Part shown: piece after piece, positions 9,788 to 20,102 of the stretch
Position numbering within the stretch: position 1 is the first letter of the stretch
How the letters are laid out: each line of letters begins with the position of its first letter
The notes under the pieces: generated by a model
Database searches by the model: none
The model's input: the letters and a program-made list of their open reading frames with translations, nothing else
What the model was told of the DNA's origin: nothing
Assembly: GCA_965198115.1 (NCBI GenBank)
Contig: OZ240241.1
Span: forward strand, 7,584,001-7,648,000
Direction of reading: 5' to 3'
DNA: 64,000 nt
Origin: Candidatus Latescibacterota bacterium
GTDB taxonomy: Bacteria; Latescibacterota; UBA2968
Program-made: the position numbers and the translations under genes

Positions 9788-10522
9788 TTGACAAAGCTGA
9801 ACCACGATCCAACCCGGTTCGCCGAAACGGGCTATTGTCTGTTCCCGAATGTGTTCGGCCGTGAAGAAGTGGATTCGAATCGACTTCTTCTCGACGAGGC
9901 GACTGAAGACAACCTGCTCGATCGCCCGGACTATCTGGGCGAACCTCACACGAAAGACGATCGATGGATGGCGATCTGCGCGCATCCCCGATTGCTGGAC
10001 GCCATCGAATCCATTCTCGGCCCGAACCTGATCCTGGTCTACTCCAGCGTCTTTATCAAACAGCCGAACTCGGCGGATTTCGTTCCCTGGCACCAGGACA
10101 ACACTTATTGGAAGGCCGTCCACGGCACGGATGTCGTCACCGTCTGGCTCGCCATCGACGACGCTGACGCCCTGAACTCGGCCATGAAAGTCATTCCCGG
10201 TTCCCACACCGGGCATCGCGAGATGACCACCATCCCATCAGCGAAAGACGCCACGGTCAGCAAAACGGTCGAGATCACGCCTGAAATGGAAGGAGCAGCA
10301 GTGCCGCTCGAAATGGAGGCCGGGAGCGTGTCGATTCACGATTCGTTCATCATCCACGGCAGCGACGCCAACCTCAGCGACCGTCGAAGGGCAGGCTACA
10401 CGATTCGCTATTGCAGTACCGACACGGCCAGGGTCGACGTCGACCGTCATCCGATCCCGGTTTACCTCTTGCGGGGGCAAGCTGGGGCGCGAGGTGATGG
10501 TTACACGGATGCCAGGCCGTAG
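9788..10522 (+). CDS. Phytanoyl-CoA dioxygenase (PhyH) family Fe(II)/2OG oxygenase
   Basis: FAETGY, WHQD, VIPGSH, IHGS..N...RR. Confidence 0.92.
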   Translation: MTKLNHDPTRFAETGYCLFPNVFGREEVDSNRLLLDEATEDNLLDRPDYLGEPHTKDDRWMAICAHPRLLDAIESILGPNLILVYSSVFIKQPNSADFVPWHQDNTYWKAVHGTDVVTVWLAIDDADALNSAMKVIPGSHTGHREMTTIPSAKDATVSKTVEITPEMEGAAVPLEMEAGSVSIHDSFIIHGSDANLSDRRRAGYTIRYCSTDTARVDVDRHPIPVYLLRGQAGARGDGYTDARP

Positions 10523-10570
10523 CCTTGCGGCCTTGGCGCCCCGTGGTCCGGCCCTGAGTGAGGAAAGACG

Positions 10571-11320
10571 TCAGCTTTTCTGTGGAGTTTCCTCTTTCAT
10601 CACGACCTTTCTGGCCGTGGTGGCGGTCGTGTGATAGTTCCATCCACGGAGTACGATGTTTTCGCTGTATTGATGGATGTCCTCTTTCCTGTCCTTGCCA
10701 GAGAACATGCGTGCGATCACGACCTTCCTGGGTGATTCGGAACGGCTGGTTTCCGATCCGTGCACGATGAAATAGTCGAAGAAAGTGATGTCGCCCGGCT
10801 CGGCTTCGATGACCGTGGCCTCTTCAAACGGATACTTGGCGTGGAAGTCGGGATTGTTCTCTCGCGAGCCCTCCATTCGGCCGTCTTTGTGCGAACCGGG
10901 ATAGACTCTAAGGGCACCATTGTTGGCCGTTGCTTTGCCGAGATGAATCATACCCGCAATCATGGTATCCGTCTGAGTGGGCAGATAGCTCCAGTCCTGA
11001 TGCATGTGGAAGGGCGTTTCCCCCGTCGACTTGCGCTTGACGAACAGCGTGTTGTGATTCAGGACGATGTCGGGACCGATGAACTGTTCGACCAGGTCCA
11101 GGAACTTCGGCTCTAAAAGCGTAGCCATCCACAGGCCGGAATACTGATGGACGTTGCGCGTTCCGAAAACCCCGTTCTCCGTCTTGTCCTCGCCATGCTC
11201 TTCCAACTGCCTCACGATTCGGTCGAACTCTTTTTCGAGCACCGCGACTTCCTTCTGAGAGAAGACGCTCTTGGCCAGGTAATAGCCGTGTTCCTTGAAG
11301 AATTCCTGCTCGTTTTCCAT
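10571..11320 (-). CDS. PhyH family Fe(II)/2OG oxygenase
   Basis: FFKEHGY, MHQD, NGALRVYPGSH, VHGS, PRK. Confidence 0.92.
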   Translation of the reverse strand: MENEQEFFKEHGYYLAKSVFSQKEVAVLEKEFDRIVRQLEEHGEDKTENGVFGTRNVHQYSGLWMATLLEPKFLDLVEQFIGPDIVLNHNTLFVKRKSTGETPFHMHQDWSYLPTQTDTMIAGMIHLGKATANNGALRVYPGSHKDGRMEGSRENNPDFHAKYPFEEATVIEAEPGDITFFDYFIVHGSETSRSESPRKVVIARMFSGKDRKEDIHQYSENIVLRGWNYHTTATTARKVVMKEETPQKS

Positions 11321-11411
11321 GGATCTCTTCCTGTCTGAATCCGTCAGAACCCTACTACCTTCCGGCTCGGTCTCGCTCAGTCAAGATGCGTCTTTATCGA
11401 AGGAGGTCCTT

Positions 11412-11498
11412 GTGGCCCAGAGCCCATTCGTGATGTCGGAAGAAGAAAAATACTTCTTCGACCTTCGTGGATACGAGGCGGCGCCGAAGTTTACGTAG
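11412..11498 (+). pseudogene. Truncated N-terminal relic of a PhyH family gene
   Basis: SD AGGAGG, then MAQSPFVMSEEEKYFFDLRGY (typical PhyH N-terminus), ending after 28 codons. Confidence 0.6.
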
Positions 11499-11512
11499 GC
11501 ACCCGACCGGCG

Positions 11513-13724
11513 TTACTTCCCGGCGAAGTCCGTACGAACTCTACCCACGCACCCGATCTCGATCTCCAGGCGCGTATCGTGTACGATTTCTACCAGTTCT
11601 ACGGGAGATCCCGGGATGACCAGACTGCCCTTCTTAAGGGCTATATCCGGATCTCTCAACGAGATGAAGTGGGTGAAGGTGCCGTAGTTCCTGGCATGGG
11701 GGCGCGGTTAGAGTGTGCGGAACCTCTTCGGAATCTGCTCAGGGATGTTTATGTCTCCGACGGTAAGGAAGATCATATCGTTGAATGCGTCGAGTGTGCG
11801 GAATCCGCTGGCTCGGTTCTTGACGATTTGGACGATTCGGTTGAGGCCTTCGGCGATGGCGTTGGTAAGACGCGTGTTCACGAATGCGAGGACGCCGAAG
11901 AAGTGCTGTCGCAGGGTCCTGACGAACTTTCGCAGGGGTTCAAGTCGACTTCTGAGTGCGGACGTCGTCCAGCATTTCAGGAAGCGTTCGGCAGCCCAGG
12001 GCGCTTTGTATTCCCAGAACTGCTCGAACTCGTCCTTGAGTCTCCAGGCTCTATAGATTCGGTAGTTCGCCTTCTCCAGTGCTTTGAGTGTCCGAGTATC
12101 CCCTCTGGAGCGTGTCGCTGAGTGCCGGTAGAGGAGCCATCGGAGGCCCTTCATGGCTTTGCGCTCATCCGGGGCAGCTTTACGCCACTGGTCCTTACGG
12201 ACCTCGTCAACGGCGGCATTGAGAGCCTTGACGATGTGAAAGCGATCGAGGACCAGCTTGGCATTCGGACAGTGTTCCTGGATGGCTCCGATGTAAGCTT
12301 CGCTCATGTCGCAGCAGGCCCCACTCGATCTTGGATCTCCGGTAGGGACTGAGAGCCTCTGTGAAGAACCGATCGATCGTTTTACGCGCCCTGCCGCGGC
12401 CAACCCACACCACGCAGGAGCGGTCCAGATCGTAAACGAGCGTGGCGTACCTGTGACGCTTGGCGTAGGAGATCTCGTCGATCCCGATGGTTTTGAGCCC
12501 TCGGATACGATGACCTTCACGAAGCCGCGTGATGGATCGGTGAAGGAGATCCGACAGCGTCGAGGCAGAGATGCGCAGTAACTCGGACGCCGCCTTCTGC
12601 GTCATGGTCTGGCAGTAGCGCAGCATGGCATACTCGAAGCGATACGTCACCCGAGAGAACCGCTCCGCCCACGGAATCTCCTCGACCACACGACCGTGGG
12701 TAGGACACCGAATCTCCCGAGGATGGTAGAGAAGCCAGACCCTCCACCCGCACACCGGAATGTCACGCCACCGACGCGGATGGGGCATTGTGCGGACGAT
12801 TTTACCTCGACGGCCGCACTCCGGACAACAACAACCATTCTTATGTGGCTTTACGGCGATGACGAAACAGCTTCTCCCCTCAAACCACCAGCTGATAACA
12901 CGGAACCCCTTGAATCTCAGCAGTTTCGATAGTAATCTGCTCCCGGTCATAGGTCGCACCCCCTTCGCTTTGATTGTCCTACACACACAACCAAGCGTAG
13001 GGAACGATCTATGACCTTGTCATTCTATAGTTTCACCGTTGAGAAACCCGGATAGAGCCTTCTTAAGGCACCTGCCTTTTTGGGCAAGAGAGTCGACGAG
13101 CCAGCGCAGAGACTTTAGAGGCCCTCCCATGATCTCGGCAGCCCTCGCCTGGGTGATGATCTCTCCGTCCTTGTAGACACTGAAAAGTTCATCTGCGAAA
13201 GAAATTTTACCCGGTGAGGCTTTTGCGTTGCCCACGACGAGCCCCGCGTGGATTCCACCCGACGCGATCAGTTCTTGTAAAGTCGGTGGGGGAAACCAGA
13301 ATTTGATATGGTGAACTTCGATCCCCGGATGGACGGCTTCGATTGCGCCGATCAGCTGGTCGTCCGACAGTGACTCGCCTTCCAGATCCTTCCCGATCCT
13401 GAGTACCATCTCGGGTTCGATCGCACAGTTGCAGTAATCGGTCCAGTCCAGAGCAATCCCTTCATTCCAGATATTTGGTCTGAACAGCCGGCCGCTGATC
13501 GGATCCTTCAGGCCAAATTGTTCACGGATCGCTGGACTAGTACACCCGACTTTGTAGCCGACGACCTCTTCTCCACGATCGATCCGCATTTCGGTGACGC
13601 GATCCTGGACCTCATACGCTTCTGCGATGGACAGGTCGGAGGGGCGGATGGTCGTCTCACCCAGCCATTCCTTCCCGTAAAAGACCGAAAAGAAACCTTC
13701 CGCTAGTGGACCGATGGAACGCAT
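11513..13724 (-). pseudogene. 2-keto-4-pentenoate hydratase (FAH family) interrupted by ISL3 copy 3
   Basis: GYKVGCTS, IEPE, GGPLKSLRWL. Removing the IS and one TSD restores ..GRCLKKGSLVIPGSPVELV..RTDFAGK* ending at 11513. Confidence 0.9.
11639..13059 (-). mobile_element. ISL3 family IS, copy 3 (1421 bp; transposase 11708-12950 frameshifted)
   Basis: IRs as above; TSD TTCTTAAG at 11631-11638 and 13060-13067; same extra G as copy 1. Confidence 0.97.
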
Positions 13725-13743
13725 TCTTGGCTCTCGATGAATC

Positions 13744-15300
13744 TTATTGATGTGAGGTGAGCCGGACGCGGCCATAGCTGAGCGTGGTCGGTGTGTCTGT
13801 GAACAATCCGAAATCGCCTCTACGATACCCGAGCAGGTCGATGGTGAGCGAAGGCTCGCATCCGGCTCTCGGGGTGGCCGTGAAGAACTCCGTCAGGGGA
13901 TGCTTCAGAGGGATCTTCACAGGACGGGAGGCTCGACCGTCTGCACCGATTTCCAGGATTCGATTTTCGGATCGACCTTCGCGGCTGCTTACATAGTATA
14001 TGACGAAGAGTCGACGATCCGGTGTCACGTGAAAGCGCGGCGTGCTGATCGGGTCTTCTACGACTTTCTGCCTCTTGATTTTCCACGGTAGCAAGCTGTC
14101 TTCGTATTCAACTTCTGTCGGAATCCCGTCGGGCGAATCCTCTCCTGCTTCAACCAAGGTCGAGCGATCTATGACCCTGCCTTCCCGAAGTCTCGCGTAA
14201 CAAATCGTATATCGGCGCTGAAGATCGGGGAAGTGCTCGTCCCGAAAGAGACGATTGATGGGTGCTCTGTACCAAAGCAGATGGGACAGACCTTCAGAGT
14301 CGAGGTAGAGATCTCCTGCGAAGACCCAGCCCCCGTCATCGAAGGTATTGTCGATCTCGATCCAGTCGCTGAATTCGGCCCTCGTGACATTCTCGGTCCA
14401 CGCGTAGTAGAGCTTGCGAAACCGGTTGCCGAACTGACGGCCGGCGAGCTCCGGTGTCGTAACCCGGTTCCACGTGTCATACGCAGCAGCTCCACAGAAA
14501 TGAACAGCGCGGCTTTTCAATGCGACGACCGGATAGTTGACTCGCGCGTGGCTGGCTCCGTAGGGAGTCATACCAACGTCCTCGTAGGGGGGCCAGCCGA
14601 GTCTTCCGCTGTGCCAGTCTATGTTCTTGTCCAGCAGGGCCCATTCCGCGTGTGTGTAGCCCACATTTTGGAACAGGATCAGCTCACCGCTGTCCGCGTC
14701 GGCCGCAAAGGAACGGTACGAGTGCTCAGTGAAGGGAGGGTGGCCTCCCCATTCGGGAAGGAGGGTGCGGTAGGGAGCACGCGCATCCGAGTCAAAGGCC
14801 AGGATCTCCGGGCGTGACGGGCCCCCTCCCGTGACCTCCGGTCCAAGCAGCGTAGGATTGTTCGAGAGGAACAGACCCTTCTCGGGGAGAACGGCCAGAG
14901 GACAAGGCTCGCGGGTTCTTTTTACCTCGTCGGCTTGCCGAAGCTCCCAACCACTGGGCGCATGCTTGAAGAGCATCCATCGACAGTCGTTCGGAGGATC
15001 GAACCGATCGAGCTTCTGTTGACCGCTGACGAAAACGTCCTCGCCCAAGCGAACGATACAGGTGTTGCCGTAGCACCACATCGGCGATGATCCGTTGCGG
15101 GGACATATCCCGGTGTAGACACGGCTCTCTTCCTCGACGGTGAAGTCCAAATGATGACCTTCATCTGCGTGATGGACGAATGTGCGTCCAGGAGGGTGGG
15201 AGGTGGTTGCCAGAAGACGAAAGTCAAGTAACATCCCACCGCAACGGCAAGAACCGCCAGCACAGCAGGGGCTGCGTTCCGTAGAGCGCGTGAACGGCAT
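13744..15300 (-). CDS. Hypothetical protein, probably beta-rich/propeller-like; start uncertain
   Basis: Long ORF with W/Y/G-rich segments (NGSSPMWCYGNTCIVR, FTEHSYRSFAAD, FFTATPRAG); no family confidently recognised. Confidence 0.7.
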   Translation of the reverse strand: MPFTRSTERSPCCAGGSCRCGGMLLDFRLLATTSHPPGRTFVHHADEGHHLDFTVEEESRVYTGICPRNGSSPMWCYGNTCIVRLGEDVFVSGQQKLDRFDPPNDCRWMLFKHAPSGWELRQADEVKRTREPCPLAVLPEKGLFLSNNPTLLGPEVTGGGPSRPEILAFDSDARAPYRTLLPEWGGHPPFTEHSYRSFAADADSGELILFQNVGYTHAEWALLDKNIDWHSGRLGWPPYEDVGMTPYGASHARVNYPVVALKSRAVHFCGAAAYDTWNRVTTPELAGRQFGNRFRKLYYAWTENVTRAEFSDWIEIDNTFDDGGWVFAGDLYLDSEGLSHLLWYRAPINRLFRDEHFPDLQRRYTICYARLREGRVIDRSTLVEAGEDSPDGIPTEVEYEDSLLPWKIKRQKVVEDPISTPRFHVTPDRRLFVIYYVSSREGRSENRILEIGADGRASRPVKIPLKHPLTEFFTATPRAGCEPSLTIDLLGYRRGDFGLFTDTPTTLSYGRVRLTSHQ

Positions 15301-15370
15301 CGGAATCTGCGTCGATGAGTCAGCGGATATCTTCGATGCGACCCAAGGCAGCTGCGGTTTCGGGGAGGAT

Positions 15371-15740
15371 CTAGGAGCCCAGATCGATGAGTAGTCGCGC
15401 GATGTCGAGTTGCCCGACGTTGACGGCTTCCTCGATCGGCGTTCGATTCCAGGAGGGACTGCGTTCGTGGACCAGATCGGGTCGCTCTTTCACCAGGGCT
15501 CTGACGGTCTCCTCGTCCCCATACATGGCGGCCGTGAAAATGTCGTGCGTGCCGCCGTGCTCGAGTACCAGCTCCGCCTTATCTCGTCCGCCGTGTTCGA
15601 GCGCACTGAACATCGCCCCTCCCCCGAGGTCCGGGTCCGCGCCGGCTTCCAACAGGATCCGCATGGTATCGAGATCGCCTTCCCAGGCGGCCAGCCGGAT
15701 CGGTGGCGAGATGTCGCAGTTCGCCTGCCCTTTGAGGTAC
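15371..15740 (-). pseudogene. Ankyrin-repeat protein, 5' truncated or degraded
   Basis: PIRLAAWEGDLDTMRILLEAGADPD, DIFTAAMYGDEETVRALV, RTPIEEAVNVGQLDIARLLIDLG; in-frame TAG just upstream. Confidence 0.65.
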
Positions 15741-15869
15741 TAACGATTCAGATTTCGCTTCCAGCCTGTCGCCCTTGCCAGGTAATATCAGGCCCCGGAC
15801 CCTCGACTTGAATATTCATCTCGGGATGCGCGTCCCAGAACATCCTCATGCAAATCTTCTCATACAACG

Positions 15870-16046
15870 CTACTCCTCCTCCTCCACATTCCGCAGCCTC
15901 TTCTCCATTCCGCTCACCTTACCCTGTAGCCCGCTCACATCTTTGCTCAGCTGCTCCACCGCCTTCATCACCTGACCCAACGTCACCTGCACCGCCTCGA
16001 ACGTACCCTCATCAGGCTCGAACCCCTTCTCGTCCTTTTTTGCCAT
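15870..16046 (-). CDS. Small coiled-coil protein (58 aa, absent from ORF track)
   Basis: GGAG SD, then MAKKDEKGFEPDEGTFEAVQVTLGQVMKAVEQLSKDVSGLQGKVSGMEKRLRNVEEEE*, with heptad periodicity. Confidence 0.6.
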   Translation of the reverse strand: MAKKDEKGFEPDEGTFEAVQVTLGQVMKAVEQLSKDVSGLQGKVSGMEKRLRNVEEEE

Positions 16047-16370
16047 CCGTGCGCTCCAATATCAACTCCAACAGATTAACCATTTCAACCTTACCCTAAA
16101 TATACCGAAAGCGTTTGCGGACTGATGAAAGCAACCTAAAACGGCGCGTGTGCTCCTAGACACTTCTGACTCAATGACACACCTTGTTCGCTCCGCGCGG
16201 CCGCCTCCTCCATCGTCCGATGTCTGGCCTTCTTGAGGTGGATTCACCGCCCTAGGGCGCCGTTCCGGTCTGTGGCGGTCACCTGCCAGTGAGTTGGGCA
16301 AAACTGACGACCTAAACTTCGCAGCGCCGGTCGCCGATCTTGAACGCGAATAGTTGTCCTGCAAAGAAAT

Positions 16371-16408
16371 CCCCCTCTCTCGAGAATTGGTCTGAATGAG
16401 AGAGGGGG
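16371..16408 (-). terminator. Hairpin downstream of fliG
   Basis: CCCCCTCTCTC..GAGAGAGGGGG stem, followed on the minus strand by ATTTCTTT. Confidence 0.5.
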
Positions 16409-16474
16409 TTCGCTATTGTAATCTGGATGGCGTCGGGTGGAAGGCGATGAATGTGGCCCGCTTGGTGGCCAGTT

Positions 16475-17488
16475 CTACACGAACTGGTCGCTGCTGTCGC
16501 CACGAACGATCGTAACCTGACCTGCTTCTTCGAGCTGACGAACGGTCTGGACGACGCGCAGCTGGACTTCCTCCACGTCGCTCATACGAACGGGGCCGGA
16601 AAAGTCCATCTCTTCCTTCATCATCGTGCCTACGCGTTCTGACACGTTCCCAAAGATCCGGTCTTTCATCTCGTCGTTCGCGCCCTTGAGGGCGGTCGCC
16701 AGATCCTTGGAATCGACCTCACGCAGGATCAGCTGAATCTCACGGTCCGTCAGGTTCGCGATGTCGTCGAACGTGAACATATTGTTTCTCACGTCTTCTG
16801 CGAGCTCCGGGTCCTGAGCATCCAGACGTTCCAACACCGCCTTCTCCGTCGAACGCCCCGTGCTGTTGAGGATTTCAGCCACCGCCTTCGGTCCGCCTAT
16901 TTCCGTCACCTGACCGGACAGAATCGTCTGCAGATCCTGTGCGAGACTTTCCTCGAGTTCGCGCAGAACCTGTGGCGAAATCGTCTCCATCTGCGCGATA
17001 CGGAAGGAGACGTCCGCCTGCAGCTCTTCAGACAGCCCATTCATTACCCCGGCTGCCTGGGCTGCTTCGAGCTGCGACAGAATCAGCGCGATGGTCTGCG
17101 GGTGCTCCTTGGCGATGAAGGGTATAATCTGGTTCGGATCGACGTTCCGCAGCATGTAGAAGCCACTCGTCGTCGTCGAAGTTACTCGGTCCAGCAGCGA
17201 TTGAGCTTTTCGCGGCCCCATCGCCTTTTCCAGCGCACCCCGGGCGAAATCCATGCCGCCCTGAGAGACATATTGGCCCGCGAGCAACATCTGCTCGAAC
17301 TCTTCGAGAACCTCGTCCTCCTGCTCGGTTGTCACGACTTCAAGTCCGGCGATGGACTCGGCGATGCGTTCTATCTCGTAATCGGTCAAATACTTCATCA
17401 CCTCGGCCGTCGTTTCCTGGCCGAGAGAAATCATCAGGATTGCGACTTTCGTTCGCGCAGGAAGTTCATCCCCTTCTTCTTCTGCCAC
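16475..17488 (-). CDS. fliG: Flagellar motor switch protein FliG
   Basis: KVAILMISLG, GGMDFAR..L.KA.G, EHPQTIALILS, GG.K.VAEILN, MFTFDD, GPVRMSDVEE.Q. Confidence 0.95.
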   Translation of the reverse strand: MAEEEGDELPARTKVAILMISLGQETTAEVMKYLTDYEIERIAESIAGLEVVTTEQEDEVLEEFEQMLLAGQYVSQGGMDFARGALEKAMGPRKAQSLLDRVTSTTTSGFYMLRNVDPNQIIPFIAKEHPQTIALILSQLEAAQAAGVMNGLSEELQADVSFRIAQMETISPQVLRELEESLAQDLQTILSGQVTEIGGPKAVAEILNSTGRSTEKAVLERLDAQDPELAEDVRNNMFTFDDIANLTDREIQLILREVDSKDLATALKGANDEMKDRIFGNVSERVGTMMKEEMDFSGPVRMSDVEEVQLRVVQTVRQLEEAGQVTIVRGDSSDQFV

Positions 17489-17644
17489 GGCGAACCACCC
17501 CCCTCAGACTTTGATCGAGTGACCGGCAATCGAAGAGCGTATGCTCGTTACACTACGAAATATACTCCCTTTTCCCAGAAAAGAAGGCCATTACCTGAGA
17601 ACGGCCTTCCCGTCGATCAGGAAAGGCTTTTGTTTTGTAGCGGA

Positions 17645-17673
17645 CGATACCGTAAAGGTCCGTTATCGGTAAC
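17645..17673 (-). other. dif/Xer-like recombination site A (11-7-11)
   Basis: GTTACCGATAA CGGACCT TTACGGTATCG on the minus strand; left arm identical to site B. Confidence 0.5.
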
Positions 17674-18682
17674 AAGGGATCCTACGAAGGCAGTTGGCTT
17701 GCGGGCAAAGTCGGTGTCATCGCCGTTTCTGCTTAGCTCGCTCCTCTTTCTCTCGTCTCGCGATACGGTCCTTCCACCTGTGTCCTTCCCATTTTCGCCG
17801 CCATTCAGCACGAGTCGCCTCCACATCCGCGGGCACGTGATCGCCATAGCTCAGGTTATCGAGGAATGGCATCATGTCCTTCATCTTGCCCTCAATCAGT
17901 CCTACAGAGCCAGGCCGACCTGCGCCAGTGCTTGTCTCCCAGTGGTACCTATGAATCAGCGTGTCGATCAAGACTATCTTTTCCCGACAGTTTCAGCAAG
18001 AGGGAACTTCCTGACGAACTCTTCGATGAATGGTCGCATGCCGCCCGCGTGCAATTTCTTGTATTTGATAGTTTTCTTGTATTCCACCCAGGAACATTTC
18101 CATCCGCAGCCTTCGCAGATTATCATCTTGTCTCCGGTGAGGTCCCTATCCTAGTTGAAACTTAAAGGGCTCAAAACTTACGTTGTGGGTAGACGTGTGA
18201 GAGCGTGTACCCGTAAGAAAGGAGCCCACGATGGAGAAGCTATTTGCAGGGGATGGCGAAGTCAAGGTTGGGTCAGACGTTATGGATTTGGAGACGCGTT
18301 TATCGGTGATCCGGGCGCTGATTCCGCTGGGTCTGGAGGCCGTTGCCGACGTGCTCCAGCAGGAGGTGGAGCAGCTCGCAGGCGTTCGGTATGCGCGTAA
18401 GGGTTCAGAGCAGTCGCATCGTCGATGGGGAAGCCAGAAAGGGTCCGTGTATCTGATGGACCAGAAGCTGCCGTGGCCGTTCCCCGTGTGCGCGACGTCG
18501 AGTCCGATACGGAGGTTTCTCTGGCCGCATACCGGGGGATGCAGAGGCCCAGAGCGATGGATGAGAAGCTGCTGCTTCGTGTGCTCAAGGGAATCTCCTG
18601 TCGCAACTACAGAGCCTGTGCAGAGTCGGTACCCGAAGCGTTCGGAATTTCGGCATCCTCCGTCTCGCGACGGTTCATCAAA

Positions 18683-20102
18683 GGCTATATCCGGATCTCT
18701 CAACGAGATGAAGTGGGTGAAGGTGCCGTGGTTCCTGGCATGGGGGCGCGGTTAGAGTGTGCGGAACCTCTTCGGAATCTGCTCAGGGATGTTTATGTCT
18801 CCGACGGTAAGGAAGATCATATCGTTGAATGCGTCGAGTGTGCGGAATCCGCTGGCTCGGTTCTTGACGATTTGGACGATTCGGTTGAGGCCTTCGGCGA
18901 TGGCGTTGGTAAGACGCGTGTTCACGAATGCGAGGACGCCGAAGAAGTGCTGTCGCAGGGTCCTGACGAACTTTCGCAGGGGTTCAAGTCGACTTCTGAG
19001 TGCGGACGTCGTCCAGCATTTCAGGAAGCGTTCGGCAGCCCAGGGCGCTTTGTATTCCCAGAACTGCTCGAACTCGTCCTTGAGTCTCCAGGCTCTATAG
19101 ATTCGGTAGTTCGCCTTCTCCAGTGCTTCGAGTGTCCGAGTATCCCCTCTGGAGCGTGTCGCTGAGTGCCGGTAGAGGAGCCATCGGAGGCCCTTCATGG
19201 CTTTGCGCTCATCCGGGGCAGCTTTACGCCACTGGTCCTTACGGACCTCGTCAACGGCGGCATTGAGAGCCTTGACGATGTGAAAGCGATCGAGGACCAG
19301 CTTGGCATTCGGACAGTGTTCCTGGATGGCTCCGATGTAAGCTTCGCTCATGTCGCAGCAGGCCCACTCGATCTTGGATCTCTGGTAGGGACTGAGAGCC
19401 TCTGTGAAGAACCGATCGATCGTTTTACGCGCCCTGCCGCGGCCAACCCACACCACGCAGGAGCGGTCCAGATCGTAAACGAGCGTGGCGTACCTGTGAC
19501 GCTTGGCGTAGGAGATCTCGTCGATCCCGATGGTTTTGAGCCCTCGGATACGATGACCTTCACGAAGCCGCGTGATGGATCGGTGAAGGAGATCCGACAG
19601 CGTCGAGGCAGAGATGCGCAGTAACTCGGACGCCGCCTTCTGCGTCATGGTCTGGCAGTAGCGCAGCATGGCATACTCGAAGCGATACGTCACCCGAGAG
19701 AACCGCTCCGCCCACGGAATCTCCTCGACCACACGACCGTGGGTAGGACACCGAATCTCCCGAGGATGGTAGAGAAGCCAGACCCTCCACCCGCACACCG
19801 GAATGTCACGCCACCGACGCGGATGGGGCATTGTGCGGACGATTTTACCTCGACGGCCGCACTCCGGACAACAACAACCATTCTTATGTGGCTTTACGGC
19901 GATGACGAAACAGCTTCTCCCCTCAAACCACCAGCTGACAACACGGAACCCCTTGAATCTCAGCAGTTTCGATAGTAATCTGCTCCCGGTCATAGGTCGC
20001 ACCCCCTTCGCTTTGATTGTCCTACACACACAACCAAGCGTAGGGAACGATCTATGACCTTGTCATTCTATAGTTTCACCGTTGAGAAACCCGGATAGAG
20101 CC
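18683..20102 (-). mobile_element. ISL3 family IS, copy 4 (1420 bp)
   Basis: IRs as above; TSD TCATCAAA at 18675-18682 and 20103-20110. Confidence 0.97.
18752..19993 (-). CDS. ISL3 family transposase (intact)
   Basis: Same protein as copy 2 except one K>E change. Confidence 0.95.
   Translation of the reverse strand: MTGSRLLSKLLRFKGFRVVSWWFEGRSCFVIAVKPHKNGCCCPECGRRGKIVRTMPHPRRWRDIPVCGWRVWLLYHPREIRCPTHGRVVEEIPWAERFSRVTYRFEYAMLRYCQTMTQKAASELLRISASTLSDLLHRSITRLREGHRIRGLKTIGIDEISYAKRHRYATLVYDLDRSCVVWVGRGRARKTIDRFFTEALSPYQRSKIEWACCDMSEAYIGAIQEHCPNAKLVLDRFHIVKALNAAVDEVRKDQWRKAAPDERKAMKGLRWLLYRHSATRSRGDTRTLEALEKANYRIYRAWRLKDEFEQFWEYKAPWAAERFLKCWTTSALRSRLEPLRKFVRTLRQHFFGVLAFVNTRLTNAIAEGLNRIVQIVKNRASGFRTLDAFNDMIFLTVGDINIPEQIPKRFRTL

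Noticed and set aside
16105-16130. GAAA..CTGATGA hammerhead-like words
   Set aside because: Only 11 nt lie between the motifs, too short for two stems and a cleavage site.
17655-17695. Sigma28 promoter for fliG (CCGATAA)
   Set aside because: No TAAA -35 at the right spacing; the same word recurs at 21470 within an 11-6-11 site. Not fully excluded.
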